Source: Antedon mediterranea | Lineage: Eukaryota > Animalia > Echinodermata | Length of the DNA stretch: 64,000 nucleotides | Assembly (NCBI RefSeq): GCF_964355755.1 | Contig: NC_092672.1 | Coordinates: forward strand, 7,626,001 to 7,690,000 | Direction: 5' to 3' | Shown: positions 27,149 through 40,952 of the stretch, piece after piece | Numbering within the stretch: the first letter of the stretch is position 1 | How the letters are laid out: each line of letters starts with the position of its first letter | The notes under the pieces: model-generated | The model's input: only the letters and a program-made list of their open reading frames with translations | What the model was told of the DNA's origin: nothing | Database searches by the model: none | Position numbers and translations under genes: made by a program

Positions 27149-30100
27149 TCAGCGGTGGTACGATGAATTGTTAGTTTGGTCACCAGCAAGTTTAGTAGTG
27201 TCTGTCATAGTGATTGTATCTGGATGGATACGGTTGGCTGTCTTCTTCTTCCATTCATATTGAACCTATAATTAATGAACGTATGATATACAATTTAGAA
27301 ATTATAACTGAATTTTACTTTTGAACTTTCCTAATACATTCTATGAATCACTATAAAGCAAGATAAAGAGATAAAAAGACCACTTCAAAGTGCATAACGT
27401 ATCATTAAAGCAGAAATAATGGGTTCACTGATTTACGAGAAGTGTATTTTAGAAAAAATTAATATTAGGAAAGACCCCACCCATCTGCTACATTACTGTT
27501 ACAATGTTAATAGATCTGGCATTGGACTACGACCACCAAAAGCCAATCTATGTAGAACTAGGAAATCCTTTGTTGTAAATAGCATTTATATATATTATGT
27601 ATAATTCAAATGTTCGACGATAACTCTATATACTGTACTTTTTGTTTTTAATTTTAATCAGTTTTAATTTAACAACCGGGCCTATAAATCCTATTTTAAC
27701 ATTGGCTTATAGCGTTTTGGCCAATTTTATGTATTATTTTTTTGTGCCAGTTTCATTGTCTTTTTGTCTTAATTATGCCAAGAAAAATTAATTTGCATTT
27801 TAAGTGGGGACCAATAACATTTCTTGAATCTTGAATCAGAAGGGAAGTAAAATGAGAAACAGCTTCCCTTTAAAGTGACCAACATGCCTTTCATCTCCGA
27901 TTCCATGTTAAGACCTCCGGCTTCCCCACTCTACCTTCCCCCATACACTATCCTCCCACTCTCTCTCTCCCCTAAGGTCAGTATTAACACCTTTTCTGCC
28001 CTCCCAGCATATAAAAAAGAAATTTCTCTCAATTGTAACTAATTTTTATTTATTTTGTCTATTTATGCCGTATTTTCCTTTGATGATATCGTTGCTAATC
28101 AAATTGAAATGAAATGCCCAGCCTTTTTTTACCAAGTTTAAAAATTTAAGATATTGCTAAAAAACTGATTGTTATTTAGGTACCTCATTACTGAAGACAC
28201 ACTGAGAGAGCCAGATGAAGAAACCTTGAAATGAGTTCATAATGACAAATATGTATTCCATGACTTTGGAACTACTGAAGAGGATGATGATACCAAAAAT
28301 CCATGGTAGTCCAACTACAGGTGCAAGGAGGATCAAACCGAACGCCAACGATCTTCAAAAACAAAAACAAGGAAAACACAATACAGTTTTTGATATTCAT
28401 ACTATAATATTTATTATTTTTGTACTAGAAATCCTTGCATACTTACTGATAGAAGTAATGTTAGAAATTTGAATTAGTCTGGAAGACATTATACCTTTTA
28501 CACTTTTAAATGACATGGAATTCTCTGAAGACTCTAATGCTCTGTCTACACTATCAAACTTTATGGTACAAAACATGTGATGTTCCCTTTATATAGACAA
28601 CACATCACCACCATATTTTGCCACATCACTACCATATTTTGACAAATCACATTGTTTTTGTCAAACTAGTTTGATAGTGTAGACCGAGCTTAAGGCGGCA
28701 GTGTAAAATCCAAATGCCTACATTAATATATGTGTGTGTATAATATTGTAGATATCACATTGAGCATATTGCTATTCTATTTCATATAATCGTTCTATTC
28801 TAGTCTGGTAACAATTATTTACTCCTGTATCTTCATTATCATTGTTTTATTTATTTATTATAATAAGTATTATGAATTTGCTCCTGTCAAAACGAAATAT
28901 GTTATGATATATGCTGATACCTGATTCGTTTGTTTGAGTTCTTGTCCTCTTTAGATCGTGTTGGAAATCGAGTTTTTGTGAGTGCTATATGTCCAATGAC
29001 AACAATCTGTACACTGATAATCTATACAAGAAAATACAGTATGTAATATATTATTAATGAGTGTTTGTTCAGTCTTCTACTTTTAATGTAATTATTTTAA
29101 GTTTGTAAGAAATGGTTGTTAAAAGTAGGTCTGCGTGAAATCAACTAAACATTTCGATTCTAATTAAAACACAGACAAAAAGGTAACACTTTTTGTAAAG
29201 TAATTGAAATTAGAAAGGTTTAGAAAACAAGTGTACCAACGACAACACAAACTTCATGTTGACGTCAAGATCAATAAAATTATAATCATACTTTACCAAA
29301 CTTCAATGTCAACAATTCCTCTACGATAATACATAATACGTATTGATAATGTTATAATGTAAAATTGTATCGCATTTCAGTTTACTGTGATGATAATTTT
29401 AATAAATATACCATTATGAATGAATAATCAACATCATTATTGAAGAGAACATTGGATGACAACCATTACTTACTATAAGTGTAATAGCCATTGGTATGAT
29501 AAAAGTCCAGATTGCAAAGTCCATATTCAACCAGCACCTATGCATTAGATAATAAAAGATGCTAACTAAGAATCAAAGTTATGATGTGCATTTTATCTTT
29601 TTCTTAAGCATAAAAAAAACTTGTTAAACTCAAGAAAAATTATTACAAAATAACCTATGACAGTCCCTTACATATAGACATTTAAACTGTTATCATTTAA
29701 ACTATAGGGTGTGGTAATCAATATAACACATTTCAGAACGCGACGAATATTATGCAAGCTATTGCCAATGCATATTTTTTAGTTCGCTAAACAATGTAAA
29801 TGATTTTACACTTCATCGGAAACGTAGTTTTCTCTTGTAAATCCAACCGTCACTCCTACGATTATACTAGGCACCATCCAGCCAAGATAACGGCTAAATA
29901 AAAAGCGTCGTTCGTGGTTAACAAACGGATGTCTGATCTTCATGTACACGTCTGTAGACACAATTAGCATCCATGAAAAGGCGGCTAAGAGACTGTAATG
30001 TAAGCAACCTGCAATGGTAGCACATACAATCTGGAAAAAACGAAGAATAATGAGGAAGACGAAGAGAAGGATGAATATATTAAATGAAAATAAAGATAGT

Positions 30101-33100
30101 CGACTCAGAAAAAACAGTAAAGTTTTTTTTTTAAATATAATAGTATGCTATATCTAGGAAACGGTCTTTTAAGCAAGATTATATTCGTTACTATGATATC
30201 GTCTTCCAGTGCCGCCTTTTGTTTTATTAATATTTACAGAAAATCTGAAAACAGGCTAAATATGGAAAGGGCTAAAAACACATGAGCGGCCGATAACAGT
30301 GTTGCCAAAACCACTAAATATAGTCTATTTTGAAGAATTCATTAAGGAGTGTATGTTTGGAAGGAGTGATGGCATGCCTTTTATTTAAACATCACACCGG
30401 TGAACATCATGCCCCATTCTCAGTGCTGTATCTCCACTAAATTTTTTATTATATAGGAATATTGGCAATACAGCATCTAATTTGTATCGCATGTTGTGCC
30501 TGCATCAGGTTAGGTTAAGGGCTTATGTTATATGATACTAAGAGATACATAAAAAACATTTCTATACTAGGCAAATCTAGATACAGTACTGCGAATCGAC
30601 TGAGGCATTACCGTATCAACCACATTTCCAAAATACAGTATTTGCAAATAAACAATTATTAATCACTTTTTACGTAAATGTTAATTGTATAAAGTCATAA
30701 TTATATAATATTTTGACATTTAAGTTAAAATACCTTGTTTTTAACATTCACACCTAGAAAGGCATAGAAGAAATTGACAATAAGTAGAGCAACCACCAGA
30801 TGACACAGGATTTTATGGCGTTCAGAGTTTCTTAAGCTTCTAAAATAGTAATAATTTTTAGAATCAATTTTAGAATCCAAGTCTTATTTGAAGTAGGACA
30901 GTGGAAGTAAACACAACGTCTACTAAATGTATCAATTATGAGGCTACATAGAAACAGCTGGAAAAAATGTAACTTGTATAAAGATTATTTTCCACATTTT
31001 TTTTATTATAATAACATGTTAGTGCAAACTTTGTGTCATGTCTCAAACAGTTAAATCATGTTTTGTATTTGATAACTTACTTGAAACTGTATACAGTAAT
31101 CAGGGTTATAATAAGAAACAAACTGGAAATACCAAGTCCAACGTTAGTAATTATTGATAAAGTCTTGTCATTAATACTTGACTATAAAACAGAAAGTAAT
31201 AATGAAAATATAATTAAAATTATCTACACTGACTGAAGATAAATGCTACATTCACACGCTAATTTTTTGTTTCAAAAGATACACAGAAATATTCAATAAT
31301 AGACAATGTTAGCAATGCTAGGACATAGTTAGTAAAAATAGGTTTCCGAATCACCAGTAGCCTAGTTTACAAAAATTAATCGTCGATTTACGATTTCTGA
31401 TTTGTATTTGTTTGACTATCCTAATGTTTTCTTCAGTTAAATAGGTTTTCGACATAGATTTTCAAGTAGGGAACCTTCTTTATATCATGTTGATTCACTT
31501 TAACATCTTAACTTTTATCATTGAACTCTCTTCGTTTTCATCCCGTAGTAAACGCATTCAAGGATGTTTTATAAATAAAAAAAAAATTAATTTATATATT
31601 TTAATCAGGGAAGATAATTTCAATCCTTCCTTCCTTCAAATTATATATATATAATGAATCATATTTTACCGGAATCGGTTTCATCAAAACGACAAATGAC
31701 GTCATATGATTACATTTGCATATCACACCATCAATATGGTAGTTATCATAAAAAGTAGAACAACCTTCAGTTGACCATATCCTTAACAAAAGAGTTAATT
31801 AACAAGCAATTTAACAATATTTCAAATGCCATTAAACATTTTCAAACAAAGTTATTTTTCGTACATGTGATATCAATGTCAATCAATCAATATCACCGTT
31901 AGGCGATTTCCAATTTGCAATAACGGTTACGACCGATAACCAAACTACATCATGATAATTCACTGTGCGCATGTGGGTATATTGGGACGTGACTCCTCGC
32001 TTTACACCCCGACATAGTTTTAATGGTTTCTAGGTACAGGCGACGACCGACGTAATATCGATTAAAATAGTCAGGTCATTGATCGTCACAAATCACAAGC
32101 TCCCTAATGTTTAGCTTGGTTAGATCACGGAAGAGTGAAATGAAACAAAGCATGAGGACGTTGATGTGACGCAAGTAATTTGACCAATTGAAGGCGTATC
32201 CGAACTTACCTGTCTCTCTTGTCTGCATAGTCACTTTTCATTACCACCTTTCTATAAATAAATAAATGTCTATACTTACGGCTCTGAAGAGTCCTTATTC
32301 TCATTATAATAACACACTGGTATATATTTCACATATGTCGAATTTTCATTTGTAATGTTCTTGAAAAACAAATATTATGAATAATAATTATACGTTTATA
32401 TTATGTTTAAATCTTTTAATAACAACCGTTAGTTGCTTAAAACGTACCTTAATAACAGGAAACTTAATCTCTAAATTCATACCAACTTCTTCGCCTTTGT
32501 CATCATATACGTCGATAGTGACAATGTCAGATGAACTTATCATCTCCGCATCGTCCCTTTTATAATCGAAAATAAATTAACATAAGCATTTAATACAATT
32601 TAAGAATATACAGTATATAACAATTACAATGGTATGTGTTTATGTCAAAGTTTTAGAAACTGCACCCTGATGGCTAATTGGATTTTGTTAGTTCTCTACT
32701 TGAGATATCAAGTTAAAAAAAGTAAAATTATTATTTTTGTTTTGATCTCTTTATGTGTTTCCACCAGACTGTACTGACAATAATAATGATATAATCGTAT
32801 TTAATTGTCTATAATGTAATAGTAAATGAATAAAAGAATGTTTTTAAAATAATAATAATATAAATATTAACTTACTGACTTTCTACGTTGAAATGAGTAT
32901 CTTCGTCAACAGTTTCTTTTTCTGCAACGATTGTGTATTTTCCATCTAGACAAAGAGGTGAAATATTTGCAAGGCAAAGAGTGATCAGTGAAAATAAAAG
33001 AATTATGTAGAGTAAGAATATCTCAACATTATTACGCATTGTTGAAGAAGGCAGAGTTGTAGGACTAACCTTTAATACATGTTATGATTATATTAAATCA

Positions 33101-36100
33101 ACGATGGTGATAGGGAGGGTGTTGTTATAATAAATACTTAAAAGTTACAGTAATAAACAACTGAAATGCAAACAACTCTTCTGCCTGTATGCAGACATAA
33201 GTCAAAGACTTTATAATCCATTTGCGATACACACTTGATTGAAAATTTTAAAATGTCGAAATCACACCTTCTTCAATAGAACTATCTGTTGAAGTTGAGA
33301 ATGTAATGCTATCTGGTTCCGATGTTAGAGGGACGTCTTTTACTTCTGGTGATGCCATATTTTTGATAACTAAAAAAAAAAACAACAAAATGCAAAAATG
33401 TATTTGTCATGTCATCACTTAAATAATGCTACCCTGGATTTTCAGGTTCATAGTTTTAATAAAGTTAATCATTTGCGTACCAAAAATGTTTTCAAAACAA
33501 CAAAATAAAATATTAAATTCAACCACAACCCTATTGACTTTCAGTTAAATTACAGTTTTTTTTTTATTGTATAATATAATAAATAATAATAATAATAACT
33601 ATTAAGAGACATATTAAACAAAAACATTCTTTTTTTATATCTTAAACAGTTTCCATATTATCATTGGTTAGGCAATTTAAAACGTACTTGTTCTAACAAT
33701 AATAACAACAAAACAAAAGTACTAATTTACTAAAAATAACATTTAATCAAGATATTTACCTTTAGTTACCGGGATGTTGGTAGTAGCAGGATTAGTAGTA
33801 ATGGAATCGGTAGTAACATGATGAGTAGTTGTGGTATCGGTAGAGATATCGGTAGTAGCAGGATTCATAATAATAGCGGTAGTAGTGGGATTCGTAGTGA
33901 TATCGGTAGTAGCGGGATTCGTAGTAAAATCGATAGTATCGGGATTCGTAGTGGTATCGGTAGTAGCAGGATTCGTAGTAGCAGAATTCGTAGTAATATC
34001 GGTAGTAGCAGCATTCGTAGTGATATTGGTAGTAGCGGAATTCGTAGTGATATCGGTGGTAGCGGGATTCGTTGTAATAGCAATAGTAATAGGATTCGTA
34101 GTGATATCGGTAGTAGCGGGATTCTCAGTAATATCGGTAGTAGCGGGATTCGTAGTAATACCTATATTCAGCAGTCGTGCATGAAAATTAAAGAACCAGA
34201 AAGTAATAAATAATTATAAAACCTAAACCAAAATTGCCTGTATTTTAACATAAAAGAATAGAAGGATAGAAAATCGTAAAAAATTTGTAATATCGACGAT
34301 TATAAAAGGCATAACATTTTCGGACACACTCAGCGGAGTCCGTCAGTACAAAACATTTCTTACTTATAAATTAAAATTTAACAGTAAGTTTGTTTTAGCC
34401 TACCCTTGAACACTTCTATACCAGCAAGGAAACCGTCATACTCTCCACTTACGCCGGTAATAAACTGTATAACCAATGTGTTATTTGAAGACAAAGTGTC
34501 TGGTGGCAAATTATAACCATCGTATTTGACACTCGTGTTTCCATCGTCAACTGACACATAATCATAGCCTGTTTCAATACTGAATTTGTAGAATGTTAGT
34601 AACAGCACATTTTCAGGATTTGTATGAAACGTCCAGGTGTAGTTCAGATCATTATCATATTTGTCTGGATAATTTTCTGATGTGATATTTTTAGACTGGC
34701 TTGGATATAGAAAGTAATCACCGGACCATGTTGTTTGACCTTACAAAAGAATAACATTTATTCATTAAAACTAATTGTCTAATCCAAACAACCACATTTC
34801 CCCCACATACACATAAAACTCCCAAAATGAGCAATTATTGAAGTGTATACTTGATATAACCTGTTGTATAACAATAAGGATGGGCATATCCGTTTAAAAC
34901 AATCGGATTTTTATCGGATTCCTATCAACTATTCAGGAAAGAATTGTTTACTTTACTTTTTTTGATGGCAACGAAGAAAGTGTTTTCGCTGATAAACCTG
35001 ACCATGGTAATTTTTTTATATTATTACTTTATAATATTAAAGCCACTGTGGTCGTATATTTTCTCTAGTTTTACTGATGAGGAGGTGACTGCGTTTCGAC
35101 AGGGAAGTATGAAACTAACGACAACTAAAGATTCGCTACACACACGTCTAATTCATGCTCTAAATTGATCAAAACGTATTTTTAAGCATTTTAAATTTTT
35201 AACGCGTCACATTGAAAAAACAATTAGGAATAAATTAAAACATTTGAAAGATATTGTAAAATGGTTGTGATCATTGTCATTTAACTTTTTGAGATATTTG
35301 ACACACACAATCTGTACAGAAAGAAATATAGACAATGGTTAGTATTACAGTAGCAATATCGGTAGCAGCAAGATTAGTAATACAGTAGTAGTAGCAGGAT
35401 TAGTATCGGTAGTATCAGGATTAGTATAGTAATACGATCAGTAGTAGCATGATTAGTATCGGTAGTATCAGGATTAGTATAGTAATACTATTAGTAGTAG
35501 CATGATTAGTATCGGTAGTATCAGATTATTATAGTAATACTATAAGTAGTAGCAGGATTAGTATCAGTAATATCAGGATTGGTATAGTAATACTATCAGT
35601 AGTGGCAAAATTAGTATCGGTAGTATCAGGATTAGTATAGTAATACTATCAGTTGTAGCATGATTAGTATCGGTAGTATCAGGATTAGTATAGTAATAAT
35701 ATCAGTAGTAGCAGGATTAGTATCAGTAATATCAGGATTAGTATAGTAATACTATCAGTAGTGGCAAAATTAATATCGGTAGTATCAGGATTAGTATAGT
35801 AATACTATCAGTAGTAGCAGAATTAGTATCGGTAGTATAAGGATTTATAGTATACTAATACTATCAGTAGTAGCAGAATTAGTATCGGTACTAATCAGGA
35901 TTAGTATAGTAATACTCTAAGTAGTAGCAGAATTAGTATCGGTAGTATCAGGATTTATAGTATAGTACTACTATCAGTTGTAGCAGGATTAGTATCGGTA
36001 GTATCGGGATTACTATAGTAATACTATCAGTAGTAGCAGAATTAGTAAATTAATATCCGGCAATATGGTAATGTGAAGGGAGCCTCGACCTGCCACTATC

Positions 36101-39100
36101 TTGTACGACTTATTCATGACCTGTGTTCTGCAGTTGACAAAAATCGCAATATTGGCACAGCCGTACTCACGGACTTCACCAAAGCGTTTGATCTTATTGA
36201 ACATAACATCTTAATTAATAAAATTATCAATATTGGAGTCCGTCGGTCGATCATCCCTTGGATTTACAATTTTCTCAGCTGCAGAGAACAGTGTGTCAGG
36301 TATAGCAACACTATCTAATTACATCCCTCTTAAAGGTGGTGTCCCCATGAGGACTAAGCTTGGGCCTATAGGTTTCCAGATTCTGGTGAATGATTCACGA
36401 CAAAGTACGACTACAAAATATTTGTTTTAGCCTACCCTTGTACACTTCTACACCAGCAAGGAAACCGTCAAACGTTACACTGTAATCGGTAATAAACCTT
36501 ATAACCAATGTGTTATTTGAAGACAAAGTGTCTGGTGGCAAATTATAACTATCGTATTTGACAGTCGTGCTTCCATCGTCAACTGACACATAATCATAGC
36601 CTGTTTCAATCTGGAACTTGTAGAATTTTAGTAACAGCACATTTTCAGGATTTGTATGAAACGTCCAGGTGTAGATCAGATCATTTTCATATTTGTCTGG
36701 ATAATTTTCTGATGTGATGGTCTTAGACTGGCTTGGATATAGAAAGTACTCACCGGACCATGTTGTTTTACCTTACAAAAGAAAAACATTTATTCATTAA
36801 AACTAATTGTCTAATCCAAACAACCACATTTCCCCCACATACACATAAAACTCCCAAAATGAGCAATTATTGAAGTGTATACTTGATATAACCTGTTGTA
36901 TAAAAATGAGGATTTGCATATCCATTTAAAGCAATCGGATTTTTACGATTCCTATCGACTATTCAGGAAAGAATTCTTTACTCTACTTTTTTGATGACAA
37001 CGTTGAAAGTTTTTTTCGCTGTAAACCTGACCATGATAATTTTTTATTTTATTACTAAAATCACCCTGGTCGTATAGTTTATCAGTTTCACTGATGAGGA
37101 GGTGGCTGCGTTTCAGAAGAGTTAAATTCGATAAACTAAATATTCGACAACTAACGAAAACTAAATATTCGTTACACATGATACTGAGAACACGTTCAGC
37201 CACGACGTGGTTGTGACAGTGTCAAGAACACTGTGTTCTTCAAAACATTTGTTTCAATAAACTGAGAACACGTTCAGCCATGACGTGGTTGTGACAGTGT
37301 CAAGAAGACTGTGTTCTTCAAAACATTTGTTTCAATAAACTGAGAACACGTTCAGCCACGACGTGGTTGTGACAGTGTCAAGAACACTGTGTTCTTCAAG
37401 AAATTTGTTTCAAAAGACTGAGAACACGTTCAGTCATGACGTTGTTGTGACAGTGTCAAGAACACTGTGTTCTTCAAGAAATTTGTTTCAAAAGACTGAG
37501 AACACGTTCAGTCATGACGTTGTTGTGACAGTGTCAAGAACACTGTATTCTTCAGGACATTTGTTTCAAGGGACTGAGAACACGTTCAGCCATGACGTGG
37601 TTGTGACAGTGTCAAGAACACTGTATTCTTCAGGACATTTGTTTCAAGGGACTGAGAACACGTTCAGCCATGACGTGGTTGTGACAGTGTCAAGAACACT
37701 GTATTCTTCAGGACATTTGTTTCAAGGGACTGAGAACACGTTCAGCCATGACGTGGTTGTGACAGTGTCAAGAACACTGTATTCTTCAGGACATTTGTTT
37801 CAAGAAACTAAGAACACGTTCAGTCATGACGTGGTTGTGACAGTGTCAAGAACACTGTATTCTTCAGGACATTTGTTTCAAGGGACTGAGAACACGTTCA
37901 GCCATGACGTGGTTGTGACAGTGTCAAGAACACTGTATTCTTCAGGACATTTGTTTCAAGGGACTGAGAACACGTTCAGCCATGACGTGGTTGTGACAGT
38001 GTCAAGAACACTGTGTTCTTCAAGAAATTTGTTTCAAAAGACTGAGAACACGTTCAGCCATGACGTGGTTGTGACAGTGTCAAGAACACTGTGTTCTTCA
38101 AGAAATTTGTTTCAAAAGACTGAGAACACGTTCAGTCATGACGTTGTTGTGACAGTGTCAAGAACACTGTATTCTTCAGGACATTTGTTTCAAGGGACTG
38201 AGAACACGTTCAGCCATGACGTGGTTGTGACAGTGTCAAGAACACTGTATTCTTCAGGACATTTGTTTCAAGGGACTGAGAACACGTTCAGCCATGACGT
38301 GGTTGTGACAGTGTCAAGAACACTGTATTCTTCAGGACATTTGTTTCAAGAAACTGAGAACACGTTCAGTCATGACGTGGTTGTGACAGTGTCAAGAACA
38401 CTGTATTCTTCAGGACATTTGTTTCAAGGGACTGAGAACACGTTCAGCCATGACGTGGTTGTGACAGTGTCAAGAACACTGTATTCTTCAGGACATTTGT
38501 TTCAAGGGACTGAGAACACGTTCAGCCATGACGTGGTTGTGACAGTGTCAAGAACACTGTATTCTTCAGGACATTTGTTTCAAGTAACTGAGAACACGTT
38601 CAGTCATGACGTGGTTGTGACAGTGTCAAGAAGACTGTGTTCTTCAAAACATTTGTTTCAATAAACTGAGAACACGTTCAGCCACGACGTGGTTGTGACA
38701 GTGTCAAGAACACTGTGTTCTTCAAAACATTTGTTTCAATAAACTGAGAACACGTTCAGTCATGACGTGGTTGTGACAGTGTCAAGAACACTGTGTTCTT
38801 CAAGAAATTTGTTTCAAAAGACTGAGAACACGTTCAGCCATGACGTTGTTGTGACAGTGTCAAGAACACTGTATTCTTCAGGACATTTGTTTCAAGGGAC
38901 TGAGAACACGTTCAGTCATGACGTGGTTGTGACAGTGTCAAGAAGACTGTGTTCTTCAAAACATTTGTTTCAATAAACTGAGAACACGTTCAGCCACGAC
39001 GTGGTTGTGACAGTGTCAAGAACACTGTGTTCTTCAAAACATTTGTTTCAATAAACTGAGAACACGTTCAGTCATGACGTGGTTGTGACAGTGTCAAGAA

Positions 39101-40035
39101 CACTGTGTTCTTCAAGAAATTTGTTTCAAAAGACTGAGAACACGTTCAGTCATGACGTGGTTGTGACAGTGTCAAGAACACTGTGTTCTTCAAGATATTT
39201 GTTTCAAAAGACTGAGAACACGTTCAGCCATGACGTTGTTGTGACAGTGTCAAGAACACTGTATTCTTCAGGACATTTGTTTCAAGGGACTGAGAACACG
39301 TTCAGCCATGACGTGGTTGTGACAGTGTCAAGAACACTGTGTTCATCAAGACATTTGTTTCAAGAAACTGAGAACACGTTCAGTCATGACGTGGTGGTGA
39401 CAGTGTCAATACTGTATTCTTCAGGACATTTGTTTCAAGAGACTGAGAACACGTTCAGCCATGAGGTGGTTGTGACAGTGTCAAGAACACTGTATTCTTC
39501 AGGACATTTGTTTCAAGAGACTGAGAACACGTTCAGCCATGACGTGGTTGTGACAGTGTCAAGAACACTGTATTCTTCAGGACATTTGTTTCAAGAGACT
39601 GAGAACACGTTCAGCCATGACGTGGTTGTGACAGTGTCAAGAACACTGTGTTCATCAAGACATTTGTTTCAAGAGACTGAGAACACGTTCAGACATGCCG
39701 TGGTTGTGACAGTGTCAAGAACACTGTATTATTCAGGACATTTGTTTCAAGAGACTGAGAACACGTTCAGCCATGACGTGGTTGTGACAGTGTCAAGAAG
39801 ACTGTGTTCATCAAGACATTTGTTTCAAGAGACTGAGAATATGTTTAGTGACAACTGACAACGCTAAATCACTTGTTGTCAGTTATCAATAACAAACTGA
39901 AGGAAGTCCATTTCTGCGTGGTAATGTTAATGCCTGTTAAGATAGCTGCTCAATAGATTAGTTGAACTTACCAAAAGAAAAGTAATTTAAGTTGATGACA
40001 AAAGACAGAACTGCTTTCAACAAAACACGTTTCAT
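27149..40035 (-). CDS. Adhesion GPCR, copy C: SP-CUB-CUB-Thr-rich stalk-short GAIN/GPS-7TM (apparently intact)
   Basis: Exons: SP 39972-40035 (MKRVLLKAVLSFVINLNYFSF); CUB 36436-36771 and 34404-34739; mucin 33760-34161 (ITTNPATTD repeats); GAIN 33268-33369, 32876-32945, 32448-32556, 32280-32359; GPS 31670-31781 (CNHMTSF); 7TM 31081-31181, 30734-30839, 29810-30030, 29474-29537, 28921-29021, 28184-28352; tail 27149-27265 ending in TGA. Phases are consistent. Confidence 0.87.
27415..27837 (+). mobile_element. LINE 3'-end fragment
   Basis: DPTHLLH..RSGIGLRPPKANLCRTRKSFV resembles a LINE ORF2 C-terminus; (CTTGAAT)n tail; paralogue at 60185. Confidence 0.55.
35345..36046. repeat. 53-bp minisatellite, ~13 copies, derived from mucin-coding repeat
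   Basis: Unit tcagtagtagcaggattagtatcggtagtatcaggattagtatagtaatacta; minus strand reads TNPDTTDTNPATTD. Confidence 0.85.
36050..36400 (+). mobile_element. LINE reverse-transcriptase fragment (frameshifted)
   Basis: QYG..KGAST..L; LTDFTKAFDLIEH..L; GVP..TKLGP..F.I.VND motifs. Confidence 0.85.
37183..39850. repeat. 78-bp tandem repeat, ~34 copies, in intron after the SP exon of copy C
   Basis: Unit actgagaacacgttcagccatgacgtggttgtgacagtgtcaagaacactgtattcttcaggacatttgtttcaaggg, starting at 37183, 37261, 37339 ... 39832. Confidence 0.97.
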
Positions 40036-40589
40036 GATGACGTTGACATGATATCAAGAAATACAGTACTCTGTGTATCGTATTTCTTCCAAATGATTCA
40101 AACAATTATAATCGTAACAACATTTTCTCTGTTAATATTCTACAGATTTAACTTATTTAAGCAACTTATTAAGTAGTTAATGATGACAAAATTACACATT
40201 AGTGAAAGTGCCAAGATTGAATATTACATCTTAGTGAACGCAATATAATCATTATTATGGCTTTTAGTCTTCTCCGTCACTATAGAAAGAACATTAAATT
40301 TAAAAAGTAAATAACATGGTATATTGATTTTATGATATATTTATATTATTAAGTTAGAAAGTCATCAATGCTCTACAGTAGACCTACTAAAATGAGGAAA
40401 TAAATACAAAACATACACAGCTAAGTAACAATATTGTAAAGTGCTATGATTGTATATTACCTCATCTTAATAAACTCAACACTGTTATTAATATTAGATT
40501 TTAATATATCGTTACTATGGAAAGGAAATTCAAGTGGTAATATTTACTTTTAATATTAGTCTAAAAGTCATCACCAATACTTATATTGA

Positions 40590-40952
40590 AAATACGTGCT
40601 CGTATAGCACTATTTCAAGTTATTTTAATGTACTAAGGAAGGTTAGTAGAATGCGATTTGCACCAAAAAAATCGTATTGATGCGCAATCATTTTCTGAAA
40701 CACGAGAATGGCATAATCCATGCTCTAAATTGATCAAAACGTAATTTTAAGCATTTTTGTGATTTAGAGTGATCACACTGGAAAGCTAATTAGGAAAAAA
40801 TTAAATTATTTGAAAAATATTGTAACATTTTTGTGATCATTGTCATTTATCTTTTTGAGACACATCTGTACAGAAAGAAATAAAGAAGAATAATAATAAT
40901 AAAATGTCATACATAAGTATAGGTGATTTAATTTAAATTATCACCTTATAAG
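40590..40952. mobile_element. Diverged HINE-like element, family 3
   Basis: Starts acgtgctcgtatagc like the family 1 core and ends in hairpin aggtgat-ttaatttaaatt-atcacct; 40718-40882 recurs at ~35154-35328. Confidence 0.5.

Noticed and set aside
37183-39850. CRISPR-like array
   Set aside because: Units are head-to-tail with no unique spacers, no cas genes are present, and the context is eukaryotic.
37363-39858. Long plus-strand ORFs (433, 69 and 259 aa) of a 26-aa repeat
   Set aside because: A by-product of a 78-bp period divisible by 3. They have GTG starts, recurring TAA variant units and no flanking exons, and are antisense within an intron.
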